A stretch of 41,767 nt of DNA from positions 1 to 41,767 of the forward strand of contig CAZQDQ010000001.1 of assembly GCA_964592455.1 (NCBI GenBank), given 5' to 3'. The stretch comes from an uncultured Pseudomonadales bacterium. Lineage in GTDB: Bacteria; Patescibacteriota; Microgenomatia; UBA1400; MFAQ01. Positions within the stretch are counted from its first letter, which is position 1. Each line of letters opens with the position of its first letter. The notes below the pieces were generated by a model that searched no databases, was not told where the DNA came from, and saw only the letters and a list, made by a program, of their open reading frames with translations. The position numbers and the translations under genes are program-made. Positions 34,497 through 41,767 of the stretch are shown one piece after another.

Positions 34497-35033
34497 ATGG
34501 GTGGTGAATTTAAGGATGTCGGTGTAGTAATTAAAACTGCAGACTATAAAGACGCCGATAAAATTATTACTATTCTCACTCGTAACCATGGTCTTATAAC
34601 CACCTTTGCACTTGGAGCAAGAAAGCAAAACTCAAAAAAGTCACCTCACTTAGACCTTTTGTCTCAGGTTAGTTTTCAAGTTAAAGGCAGGGATTATTTT
34701 TATCTGGAACAAGCAAGTACCATCAAGTCATTTTTTAAAATTAAAACTGACCTAAAAAAAATTTCACTTTGTATGTCATTTTTCGAAATCTTAAACCACT
34801 TAGTACCAAGTAGGGTAGAGGATAAAGAGCTCTACACTTCATTAATTATATTTTTAGAAAAAATTGAACAAACTAAAGAGGAGAAAGAACAAAATCAACT
34901 CTCTTCAAAATTTGCCCGTTATTTACTACGCCATTTGGGCTATCCAGAGAAACCACCACAAAAAATAAAAAATATTAGTACCTATTTTGAAAGTTTAATG
35001 AGTCGCAAGTTAATAGCTAAGGAAATAGTTTAA
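34497..35033 (+). CDS. recO: DNA repair protein RecO (short form)
   Basis: The N-terminal OB-fold block GVVIKTADYKDADKIITILTRNHGLITTFALGARKQNSKK is typical of RecO. The protein is only 178 aa and has a single Cys, so there is no Cys4 zinc motif. Confidence 0.7.
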   Translation: MGGEFKDVGVVIKTADYKDADKIITILTRNHGLITTFALGARKQNSKKSPHLDLLSQVSFQVKGRDYFYLEQASTIKSFFKIKTDLKKISLCMSFFEILNHLVPSRVEDKELYTSLIIFLEKIEQTKEEKEQNQLSSKFARYLLRHLGYPEKPPQKIKNISTYFESLMSRKLIAKEIV

Positions 35034-35042
35034 AATAAAACT

Positions 35043-35879
35043 ATGAACATCAAAAAAATACTTATCATTGCAAGTGTCGGTTTGTTATTATCTGCTTGCA
35101 GTGCAAAGAAACAGGTTACAGACACCAAAAAGACTAATATCAACACTAGTAAGGTACTTCTTAATGAACTCCCTTTTTCAGAGCGACCTTTCATTTCTCT
35201 AATACCCCACAGCACAAATCGCCTATTTACTTTTTATGGCCAAAACATAAATCTAGCTGAGGAGGCATCTATCGATTTAGAGTATCAATCTGGAGACTTA
35301 CTAAAAGGTATAAAGGCAAACATCGAAACTCCAATTAAAAGTAGCTACGTGAAGGGTATTATTCTTGGTAGTTGTTCAACTGGGGGTAAATGTAGCTTTG
35401 ATAAAGACTTAAAAACCGGAACCACGAAGTTAAGAATGAAGTTTCCTGGAAAGCCTGAAATTCACTTGTTAAAAGGGGACTTTACCTTTGTTTTGGGACA
35501 GCCTAGTTTACCGGATGGTAAAGTAAGTTTTGCACCAGCCAAGACAAGTGCCAAAGACAATTTAATTATGATGAACTCATTTGGTTTACCAAAACCATTT
35601 GATAAGGAAGTCATTTTGTATCCCGTTATCTTTTCCTCAACAAGTGATAAAGCTGTCTCGGGGCAACTTACCCTAAACTCACCAACCGCGAGCAATGCAT
35701 ACATTTACGACGGCAGTTCATACCAGCCTCTAAAATTTACCTCAAAGGAAGGTAACTTGGTAATTGACTTAAATCAGAAACCTTGGACCTTATCTGCAGA
35801 AATTACAAGAGATGACGAAAAAGGTAGCAAGGAAAATCTAAATCTCTACCTCGTCGGCCCAATCATTCTCACTAAATAA
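35043..35879 (+). CDS. Lipoprotein of unknown function
   Basis: It has a signal peptide with a lipobox: MNIKKILIIASVGLLLSAC|SAKK. The mature part is hydrophilic and rich in beta-type residues, and I recognise no family. Confidence 0.6.
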   Translation: MNIKKILIIASVGLLLSACSAKKQVTDTKKTNINTSKVLLNELPFSERPFISLIPHSTNRLFTFYGQNINLAEEASIDLEYQSGDLLKGIKANIETPIKSSYVKGIILGSCSTGGKCSFDKDLKTGTTKLRMKFPGKPEIHLLKGDFTFVLGQPSLPDGKVSFAPAKTSAKDNLIMMNSFGLPKPFDKEVILYPVIFSSTSDKAVSGQLTLNSPTASNAYIYDGSSYQPLKFTSKEGNLVIDLNQKPWTLSAEITRDDEKGSKENLNLYLVGPIILTK

Positions 35880-35897
35880 CCTAAACTCTTCGTCTTT

Positions 35898-35927
35898 ATA
35901 GGGTGCTTGATGCACCCTATTTTTTTA
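35898..35927 (+). terminator. Rho-independent terminator
   Basis: A perfect 9-bp stem, ATAGGGTGC (35898-35906) / GCACCCTAT (35912-35920), has a 5-nt loop (TTGAT) and is followed by a T-run (ttttttt). It begins 19 nt after the lipoprotein stop. Confidence 0.85.
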
Positions 35928-35950
35928 TTTACTTGTCTTATTTCTAGTTG

Positions 35951-35979
35951 TTGACAATCTATTTTTTCTGTTGCATACT
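35951..35979 (+). promoter_or_regulatory. Candidate dcw (mraZ) promoter: TTGACA (35951-35956), 17-nt spacer, CATACT (35974-35979), with TG at 35972-35973
   Basis: A consensus -35 hexamer and a -10-like hexamer at canonical spacing lie between the terminator and mraZ. Confidence 0.55.
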
Positions 35980-35982
35980 TGA

Positions 35983-36001
35983 AAGTGGTGATAAGTGGTG
36001 A
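35983..36001 (+). promoter_or_regulatory. Two direct repeats of AAGTGGTGA with a 10-bp period; candidate MraZ operator
   Basis: AAGTGGTGA occurs at 35983-35991 and again at 35993-36001, immediately downstream of the -10 element and about 40 nt upstream of mraZ. Known MraZ boxes are short GTGG/TGGG-containing direct repeats with a 10-bp period at the mraZ promoter. Confidence 0.55.
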
Positions 36002-36040
36002 AATATCTTATAACCACAAAAAAAAGCCTGCCTATGAATT

Positions 36041-36469
36041 ATGTTTATTGGACACTACTACCATTCGATAGAAGCCAAGGGAAGACTAGCAATTCCAGCT
36101 CTCTACAGAGAGGAACTAGCTTCAGGTGGGGTAGTCACTTGGGGTCTCGACGGGTGTCTTTTTCTTTTCCCCAACTCATACTGGCAGAAGCTCTCAGAAA
36201 AGCTGGCCTCGCTACCGATGACCAATCCACAGGCCAGAAACTTAACGCGACTATTAGTTCAATCTGCCTCAGATCTAAATCTCGATTCCCAAGGAAGAAC
36301 ACTTATACCCGAACATCTTCGAAAAATAGCCAATCTAAAAAAACAAGTGGTGGTGGCCGGATCCCTGAATCGAATTGAGATTTGGGATCGGGACAACTAT
36401 CATGAGCACCTTGATTTAATAGCAAAAACAGTCAGTACAAACCCTGACCTCATCAATTTAGATATATGA
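36041..36469 (+). CDS. mraZ: Transcriptional regulator MraZ
   Basis: MFIGHYYHSIEAKGRLAIPALYREEL is followed by a second SpoVT/AbrB-like half (LDSQGRTLIPEHLRK). The protein is 142 aa and occupies the first position of the dcw cluster. Confidence 0.92.
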   Translation: MFIGHYYHSIEAKGRLAIPALYREELASGGVVTWGLDGCLFLFPNSYWQKLSEKLASLPMTNPQARNLTRLLVQSASDLNLDSQGRTLIPEHLRKIANLKKQVVVAGSLNRIEIWDRDNYHEHLDLIAKTVSTNPDLINLDI

Positions 36470-37401
36470 TAAAAAACCAAACTCGTCATTTTTCCGCCTT
36501 CAAAGGTGAGCTAAGTAAACACTTTAACCTTCAGCAAAACAATTTATTTGTAGATTTAACTTTAGGAGATGGTGGACATACACAAGAAGCCTTGGAAGCA
36601 GGTTGTAAGGTCATATCTTTCGATGTTGACCCAGAGTCCATAGAAAGATCGATATTTTTTTTAAGGGATATTGCAACGCCTCTAGTGCTGGCAGGGGACT
36701 CTTCCCCAAGATCCGAAGAGGTTCAAAACCACAAATGGACAATTATCAATACCAACTTTGTTAACTTCGCAAACGAACTCAAGAAGCACAAAATAAACAA
36801 AGTTGATAATATCCTTGTTGATTTGGGACCATCGCAAAACCAGGTTCTAAAAGAAGATCGGGGCTTCAGTTTTAACAGTGACTCACAACTAGATATGAGA
36901 ATTGATCCTAGCTTAGCTGTAACAGCCAAAGATTTGGTAAATGTTTTAAACGAGGGGGAACTTAGAGAACTATTTTTACTCTCAGACGAAACCTATGCCA
37001 AACCAATTGCTAGGGCGATAGTAAACTACAGAAAATCCTCTCCAATAGTAACCTGTAAACAATTGGCAGATATCGTCTCCAGGGTAAAACGAGGACCTTC
37101 AGGAAAAATTCACCCAGCCACAAAAGTCTTTATGAGTTTAAGAATGGCCGTAAACTCCGAACGAGAAAATATCAAAGATTTGCTCGAGCTAATCCCCGAG
37201 GTCTTAAGTAAGGATGGGGTAGCGGGCGTTATTACATTTCACTCTACAGAAGATAGGGTTGTAAAAGAATCAATTAAGAACTTAGAAAAAGAAAAAACTA
37301 TTTTTGCTATTAACAAAAAACCAATTGAACCTTCAATTGAAGAATTAAAAAAAAGTATGCGCACCAGAAGTGCCAAATTAAGATTAATAAAAAAATGCTA
37401 A
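36466..37401 (+). CDS. rsmH: 16S rRNA (cytosine1402-N4)-methyltransferase RsmH (MraW)
   Basis: Motifs: FVDLTLGDGGHT, ISFDVDPESI, DNILVDLGPSQNQV, RGFSF, LDMRID, ITFHSTEDRVVK. It is in the conserved position after mraZ. Confidence 0.9.
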   Translation: MIKNQTRHFSAFKGELSKHFNLQQNNLFVDLTLGDGGHTQEALEAGCKVISFDVDPESIERSIFFLRDIATPLVLAGDSSPRSEEVQNHKWTIINTNFVNFANELKKHKINKVDNILVDLGPSQNQVLKEDRGFSFNSDSQLDMRIDPSLAVTAKDLVNVLNEGELRELFLLSDETYAKPIARAIVNYRKSSPIVTCKQLADIVSRVKRGPSGKIHPATKVFMSLRMAVNSERENIKDLLELIPEVLSKDGVAGVITFHSTEDRVVKESIKNLEKEKTIFAINKKPIEPSIEELKKSMRTRSAKLRLIKKC

Positions 37402-37676
37402 CTTACAAAACCATCGCAAACATAAGCTTCCTACTGCTCGTTGTTCTTTCCATCCTTAATTTGGTAAGTGCCAACATTCTATCTACCAAGGGCCTTGCCG
37501 TTGCCACACAAGAGAAAGAGGTTCTAAAGTTGGAAAAGGAAAATCGTCGTCTAAAAACCCAAATTGAAGAAGCTAGTCGTTTAAGTGATGTAGAGAATTT
37601 GTCTCAAAGTTTGGGCTTCGTAAGAACTGGCCAAGTGGTCTACTTACAGACATCTGCAGGTTTTGCCTTAAAATAA
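37395..37676 (+). CDS. ftsL: FtsL-like bitopic cell-division protein
   Basis: 93 aa with a single TM (ISFLLLVVLSILNLV) followed by a coiled-coil segment (KEVLKLEKENRRLKTQIEE). It sits in the conserved slot between rsmH and ftsI. The assignment rests on position and architecture. Confidence 0.55.
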   Translation: MLTYKTIANISFLLLVVLSILNLVSANILSTKGLAVATQEKEVLKLEKENRRLKTQIEEASRLSDVENLSQSLGFVRTGQVVYLQTSAGFALK

Positions 37677-37680
37677 ATGA

Positions 37681-39360
37681 ATGTCTCTTCACCTGGCAAG
37701 TACTCCACAAGATAGGCTAAAAATTATAACCATTTTTATACCAATCATTTTTGTAATTTTATTAGCCCGACTTTTTTATTGGCAAATTATTCGTGGACCA
37801 GAGCTAAAAGCCAGAGCCAGCAAACAACACGAGACCGTAATAACTTTAAAAGCGCGAAGAGGAGATATCTTAGATAAAGATGGAGGACTATTGGGTGGCA
37901 GTAAGGGCCTATACCACTTGTATGTTTACAAACCACAGCTTCAGATTCCAGAACAAAACCTTATAGATATCTTGACCCCTTTAATAACTCCCACCGCCGA
38001 AGCCAGCACCTCAGCTGATATTAAAAGTTTGCTAGAGTCAAGAATAAAACTTACTTCTAACTGGGTCTCTATAAAACATTTCTTAACCCCAGAGGAAAAA
38101 GAAAAAATAGAAAACCTCAAGATAGCGGGTTTGGGTTTCGAAGATGAATATGTCAGATTCTATCCAGAAGCAAGTCTGTCTGCACATTTACTAGGTTTTG
38201 TTGGTCAAGACATGGCAGGTCAAGAACAAGGATACTTTGGGGTTGAGGGTTTCTTTGATAGACAGTTAAAAGGTAGAGAGGGAAAAATAAGAACAGAGAA
38301 AGACGCTGTAGGCAATCCAATTCTAATCGGCAACTATCAGTTTTATCACGCCACCGAAGGAAAAAGTATCAAAACTTCAATAGATAAAAGTATTCAATAT
38401 ATAGCAGAAAAATACCTCAAAGAAGGTCTGGAAAAATATCAAGCCAGTGCCGGTAACATCATTATTATGGAGCCAGGTACAGGCAAAATTAGGGCCTCGG
38501 CATCACTGCCAAATTATGATCCAAATACTTTCTCAAAGTTTCCAAGTCAATATTACAAAAACCCTGTGGTTGCTGATCTTTTTGAGCCAGGGTCAATCTT
38601 TAAGGTTTTAGTGATGGCGGCTGGGCTAAATGAGAAGGTGGTAACTCCAGAAACACAATGTGATAATTGTGGCTCACCAGTTCAAATTGGAAAATACAGT
38701 ATAAGAACTTGGGACGAAAAATACAGACCAAACATTACCATGACCGAGACAATAGTCAACTCAGACAATACTGGCATGGTTTTTGTAGCCAATAAATTAG
38801 GAGGCAAAAAGTTTGCAGAGTATCTTCAATTGTTTGGCTTTGGGCAAAAAACAGATGTGGGTCTGCAAGATGAGGTAAGTGGTAATGTTATCTTGGATGG
38901 TGAAAAATACCGGGAGATAGACCTAGCAACAAACTCTTTTGGTCAAGGAATTGCCGTCACTCCAATTCAAATGATTGCTGCCGTAAATACAATTGCCAAC
39001 AAAGGTGTTTACATAAAACCTACGGTCCTAGAGGACGAAGAAAGAGTGGGTCGTGTTGTTTTGGGCGAACAGGCTGTCAGCGAAATAACAGAAATTATGA
39101 AAAAAGCTGTCGAGAGCGGTGAAGCAAAGTGGTCCAAGCCTAAGGGGCTTAGTGTGGCCGGAAAAACTGGAACCGCTCAAATACCTATAGAAGGTCACTA
39201 TGATCCAGACAAAACAATTGCCAGCTTTATAGGTTTTTTCCCTGCAGACAACCCAAGGTACACAATGCTAGTTAGTCTGCGCGAGCCAAAAACTTCTATT
39301 TGGGGCTCAGAGACGGCCGCTCCACTTTGGTTCCAAATTGCCAAACACCTTTTGCTTTAG
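37681..39360 (+). CDS. ftsI: Class B penicillin-binding protein (FtsI/PBP2-type transpeptidase)
   Basis: It has an N-terminal TM and a PBP dimerisation-domain block (FYPEASLSAHLLGFVG). The transpeptidase motifs are SxxK (GSIFK), SxN (NSDN) and KTG (GKTGTAQ). Confidence 0.85.
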   Translation: MSLHLASTPQDRLKIITIFIPIIFVILLARLFYWQIIRGPELKARASKQHETVITLKARRGDILDKDGGLLGGSKGLYHLYVYKPQLQIPEQNLIDILTPLITPTAEASTSADIKSLLESRIKLTSNWVSIKHFLTPEEKEKIENLKIAGLGFEDEYVRFYPEASLSAHLLGFVGQDMAGQEQGYFGVEGFFDRQLKGREGKIRTEKDAVGNPILIGNYQFYHATEGKSIKTSIDKSIQYIAEKYLKEGLEKYQASAGNIIIMEPGTGKIRASASLPNYDPNTFSKFPSQYYKNPVVADLFEPGSIFKVLVMAAGLNEKVVTPETQCDNCGSPVQIGKYSIRTWDEKYRPNITMTETIVNSDNTGMVFVANKLGGKKFAEYLQLFGFGQKTDVGLQDEVSGNVILDGEKYREIDLATNSFGQGIAVTPIQMIAAVNTIANKGVYIKPTVLEDEERVGRVVLGEQAVSEITEIMKKAVESGEAKWSKPKGLSVAGKTGTAQIPIEGHYDPDKTIASFIGFFPADNPRYTMLVSLREPKTSIWGSETAAPLWFQIAKHLLL

Positions 39361-39385
39361 TCGCATAAGGGTTTAAAATCATACT

Positions 39386-39754
39386 ATGTACAATCCTATT
39401 CGTATTCATCGTGTCTCCTTCAAGCATGCATTTAACGGTCTGATTCACAACATCAAAACTCAACCCAACTTCCGTTTCCATATGTTTGCTATTATTTGCG
39501 TCTGTATAGCGGGTATATATCTTTCAATAAGTAGTTTAGAGTGGCTTATTCTCATTTTTACTTTCAACTTGGTTTTGGTCTCAGAAATGATCAATACTGC
39601 GATGGAAGCAATCGTTGACCTGATTACCTTAGAAAAAAACCAAAACGCAAAAATTGCCAAAGATGTCTCTGCAGGAATGGTCTTGGTTTCAGCGATTTTT
39701 GCTGTAATAATCGGTGTGTATATATTCTTACCAAAAATATTACTACTAATATAA
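39386..39754 (+). CDS. dgkA: Prokaryotic diacylglycerol kinase family protein (DgkA / undecaprenol kinase-like)
   Basis: 122 aa with 3 TM segments. Motifs: SFKHAFNGL, NFRFH, SEMINTAMEAIVDL, AKDVSAGMVLVSAIF. These are the canonical DAGK_prokar blocks. Confidence 0.8.
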   Translation: MYNPIRIHRVSFKHAFNGLIHNIKTQPNFRFHMFAIICVCIAGIYLSISSLEWLILIFTFNLVLVSEMINTAMEAIVDLITLEKNQNAKIAKDVSAGMVLVSAIFAVIIGVYIFLPKILLLI

Positions 39755-39758
39755 AAAA

Positions 39759-40784
39759 ATGGACTTACTACTTGGCGTTCTCTTATTTTCTTTTATAGTT
39801 CATGCTGCTTCTATTGTTCCGTTTATAAACTCACTTTACCAGTTTAAGTTTTTTAAGAGTCGAACAGCGGTTAATAAAGACAAGAAGGACGAAGCGTCTG
39901 AGCATATCCGTTCCAAATCAAAAACACCAGAGGGGGGTGGCTTGCTAATTATAACTATCACAAGCCTAATCTTTGTTTTTTTAATGCCCTTCCTAAAATT
40001 TTTAGGATTCGAAATCATCCACGTTTATCCCATAAACGACGAAATAAACATTATCTTCTTTACCTTTTTGGCTTTTGGTTTACTGGGTTTATACGATGAT
40101 GTAATAAAATTTTTTGAACTAGACAGACAAGGTGGCTATGCTGGCTTAAGAACTAAGACAAAGCTTGCAATCCAATCTGTTCTGGGGCTCGTTGTCGGAG
40201 GCATGATGTACTTTAATCTCGGAATAGATATCGTTCACATCCCCTTCTTTGGGGTTATCCATTTCGGCGCTTGGTTTATCCCACTGGCGGCTTTTTTAAT
40301 TGTTGGCTTCTGCAACTCTCTAAACATAACCGACGGTATGGATGGCCTGGCTAGTGGCTTGTTGATGATTTCATTGTTTGGTTTCTTAATTCTGTCAGCC
40401 AGTATTCTCGATACTCCGCTTTCCTTATTTATTGCTTTGTGGTTAGGAGGTATTTTGGCCTTCCTGTACTTTAATGTTTACCCCGCCAGACTTTTTTTGG
40501 GCGACGTTGGCGCCTTATCTTTTGGTGCTTCGCTAGCTGTGGTAGGTCTGCTAACTGGCAAAGTTATAGCTCTTATGGTTATTGGTTTGCCATTTATTAT
40601 CGATGGTCTAAGTAGTTTCTTGCAAATTTTTTGGGTCAAGGTTTTTAAAAAAAGAATTATCCCCATTGCTCCAATTCACTACTGGCTTTTAAAGATTGGT
40701 TGGTCTGAGCCAAAAATTGTTCAAAGGGCTTGGCTCGTAAACATCTTTCTGGTCATTTTCGGTATTTGGTTAGCAATTATTTAA
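39759..40784 (+). CDS. mraY: Phospho-N-acetylmuramoyl-pentapeptide transferase
   Basis: Motifs: LYDDVIKF, NSLNITDGMDGLASG, FLGDVGALSFGA, PIHYWL. The protein is polytopic and 341 aa. Confidence 0.93.
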   Translation: MDLLLGVLLFSFIVHAASIVPFINSLYQFKFFKSRTAVNKDKKDEASEHIRSKSKTPEGGGLLIITITSLIFVFLMPFLKFLGFEIIHVYPINDEINIIFFTFLAFGLLGLYDDVIKFFELDRQGGYAGLRTKTKLAIQSVLGLVVGGMMYFNLGIDIVHIPFFGVIHFGAWFIPLAAFLIVGFCNSLNITDGMDGLASGLLMISLFGFLILSASILDTPLSLFIALWLGGILAFLYFNVYPARLFLGDVGALSFGASLAVVGLLTGKVIALMVIGLPFIIDGLSSFLQIFWVKVFKKRIIPIAPIHYWLLKIGWSEPKIVQRAWLVNIFLVIFGIWLAII

Positions 40785-40785
40785 G

Positions 40786-41767
40786 ATGAAAATTAAGCCA
40801 AACAAGCTTTCTCTTTCCATTTTTGTGTCTGGTATCTTAGTAGCTATTTTTGGCTTAATCGCTATTTACGATGCCTCAGTTGTAGATGCCTACAAGACAT
40901 TTAACGACAAATTTCATTACGTCAAACAGCAGGGAAGTTGGTTAATTTTGGGAATAATAGCCTCAATTATTGTTTCCAATCTACCTACAAAGTTTCTAAA
41001 AAAAATTGCTCCAATCGGCCTTATTTTAACAATACTCCTTCTTATCCTTGTTCTAATTCCTGGGATAGGATCAAAATTTTTGGGAGCAAGAAGGTGGCTA
41101 ATTTTTGGTCCCATTGTCATTCAGCCATCGGAAATATTAAAAATTTCCCTAATTTTGTACCTTTCTCATTGGCTCGAAAAACCAAGAGAGATTACCAAAT
41201 TTATTTCCCTAATAGGTTTTTGTTTGCTTCTTATCATGTTACAACCAGATCTGGGTACTGCATTAATTGTCGTGGGTAGTTCTTTTCTTGTTTACTACCT
41301 CTCCGGCGCGCCGATAAAATACATCCTCTATTTTTCCACATTTTTGCTCGCGTCTGTTCTTTTACTAATAACCATCTCACCTTATAGAATGAACAGAGTT
41401 AAGACCTTCTTAGACCCAACAGCCGACCCTCTTGGGGCTTCGTATCATATCAACCAAATACTTTACGGGATCGGATCCGGTGGCTGGACAGGTGTTGGTC
41501 TGGGTATGTCGAGACAAAAATATGCTTTTCTTCCAGAGGCAACAACAGACTCCATTTTTGTCATTATTGCTGAGGAGGTTGGGTTTATGGGGAGTCTTTT
41601 TATTATTTCAATACTAATTTACTTACTAATGTCTTCTTTTAAAGTTGCCACCAAAGCCGTTGATCGGTTCGACTTTTTGCTTGCCAGTGGTATTTCTCTT
41701 TTATTTCTAGTTCAGATTTTTATTAATTTAAGTTCTATGGTTGCTCTTGTTCCTCTTACTGGAGTAC
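40786..41767 (+). CDS. ftsW: SEDS-family peptidoglycan glycosyltransferase FtsW/RodA. The 5' portion is present and the gene is open at the window end.
   Basis: My own translation from ATG 40786 reads MKIKPNKLSLSIFVSGILVAIFGLIAIYDAS...IQPSEILKISLILYLSHWL...LQPDLGTALIV...TDSIFVIIAEEVGFMGSLF...ALVPLTGV. There is no stop before 41767. It is not in the ORF track because it is open-ended; the track ORFs at 40938-41279 and 41432-41617 are off-frame shadows of it. Confidence 0.88.
   Translation, partial: MKIKPNKLSLSIFVSGILVAIFGLIAIYDASVVDAYKTFNDKFHYVKQQGSWLILGIIASIIVSNLPTKFLKKIAPIGLILTILLLILVLIPGIGSKFLGARRWLIFGPIVIQPSEILKISLILYLSHWLEKPREITKFISLIGFCLLLIMLQPDLGTALIVVGSSFLVYYLSGAPIKYILYFSTFLLASVLLLITISPYRMNRVKTFLDPTADPLGASYHINQILYGIGSGGWTGVGLGMSRQKYAFLPEATTDSIFVIIAEEVGFMGSLFIISILIYLLMSSFKVATKAVDRFDFLLASGISLLFLVQIFINLSSMVALVPLTGV

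Noticed and set aside
35995-36378. A 127-aa plus-strand ORF overlapping the mraZ promoter region and most of mraZ in another frame
   Set aside because: The mraZ frame has unmistakable family motifs. The overlapping frame is Ser/Arg/Lys-rich and of low complexity, and it would begin inside the putative operator. It is a shadow ORF.
1287-40666. All the 60-118-aa minus-strand ORFs in the track that lie antisense to the long plus-strand genes (for example 1287-1535, 5992-6231, 14464-14745, 15183-15539, 27054-27314, 33509-33742)
   Set aside because: Each lies entirely within a well-supported gene on the other strand. They have odd composition and no start context, as expected by chance in AT-rich DNA with few antisense stop codons.
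40938-41617. Track ORFs 40938-41279 (+), 41432-41617 (+) and 40917-41120 (-)
   Set aside because: They lie inside the open-ended ftsW reading frame (frame of 40786), which translates into canonical SEDS motifs. These are off-frame shadows.
1-41767. Possibility of an alternative genetic code (UGA recoded, as in some candidate phyla)
   Set aside because: UGA terminates many well-delimited genes exactly where homologous families end, and it forms 11 ATGA stop/start junctions. Reading through would fuse unrelated enzymes. The standard bacterial code fits.
1-41767. A mobile element, genomic island, prophage or defence system (CRISPR, restriction-modification, toxin-antitoxin) hidden in the window
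   Set aside because: No integrase, transposase or recombinase-like ORF, no tRNA attachment site, no flanking inverted or direct repeats and no repeat-spacer array were seen. Every sizeable ORF is accounted for by envelope biogenesis, recO or dcw functions.

Overview
This is an AT-rich, very gene-dense bacterial window. It uses the standard genetic code: UGA is used as a stop, and I count 11 ATGA start/stop overlaps. I saw no rRNA, tRNA, CRISPR array, transposase or integrase.

About 34 kb (357-34495) is one very large cell-envelope glycan or glycoconjugate assembly locus. It contains:
- 6 GT4-type and 5 GT2-type glycosyltransferases
- 3 tandem SAM methyltransferases and a hexapeptide acetyltransferase
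- GDP-mannose / 6-deoxyhexose genes (manC-like, gmd, an extended SDR)
- a Wzx-like flippase and a Wzy/O-antigen-ligase-like protein
- a small initiating phosphoglycosyl transferase and a DUF4012-like protein
- 7-8 large polytopic membrane proteins. At least 4 carry the ArnT/PMT-type (GT-C) first-loop acidic signature, five lie consecutively at 5735-14248, and one carries a C-terminal IPT/TIG domain
- a DPM1/GtrB-like polyprenyl-phosphate sugar synthase on the opposite strand

Downstream come a short recO, a lipoprotein and the only clear intrinsic terminator I found. Next is a sigma70-like promoter with two MraZ-box-like direct repeats. It precedes a stripped-down dcw cluster, mraZ-rsmH-ftsL-ftsI-dgkA-mraY-ftsW (ftsW is open at the window end), with no mur ligases.

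Best candidates for something new:
1. The GT-C array plus the lipid-linked sugar synthase, sitting next to a complete Wzx/Wzy-type toolkit. This looks like an uncharacterised extracytoplasmic glycosylation system.
2. A recurrent TAnnnT (-10-like) hexamer exactly 5-7 nt upstream of start codons, with essentially no Shine-Dalgarno sequences. This suggests leaderless or non-SD initiation, including GUG starts.

The compactness, the lack of SD sequences and the gene content suggest an uncultivated small-genome lineage such as CPR/Patescibacteria. That is inference only and cannot be verified from this window.
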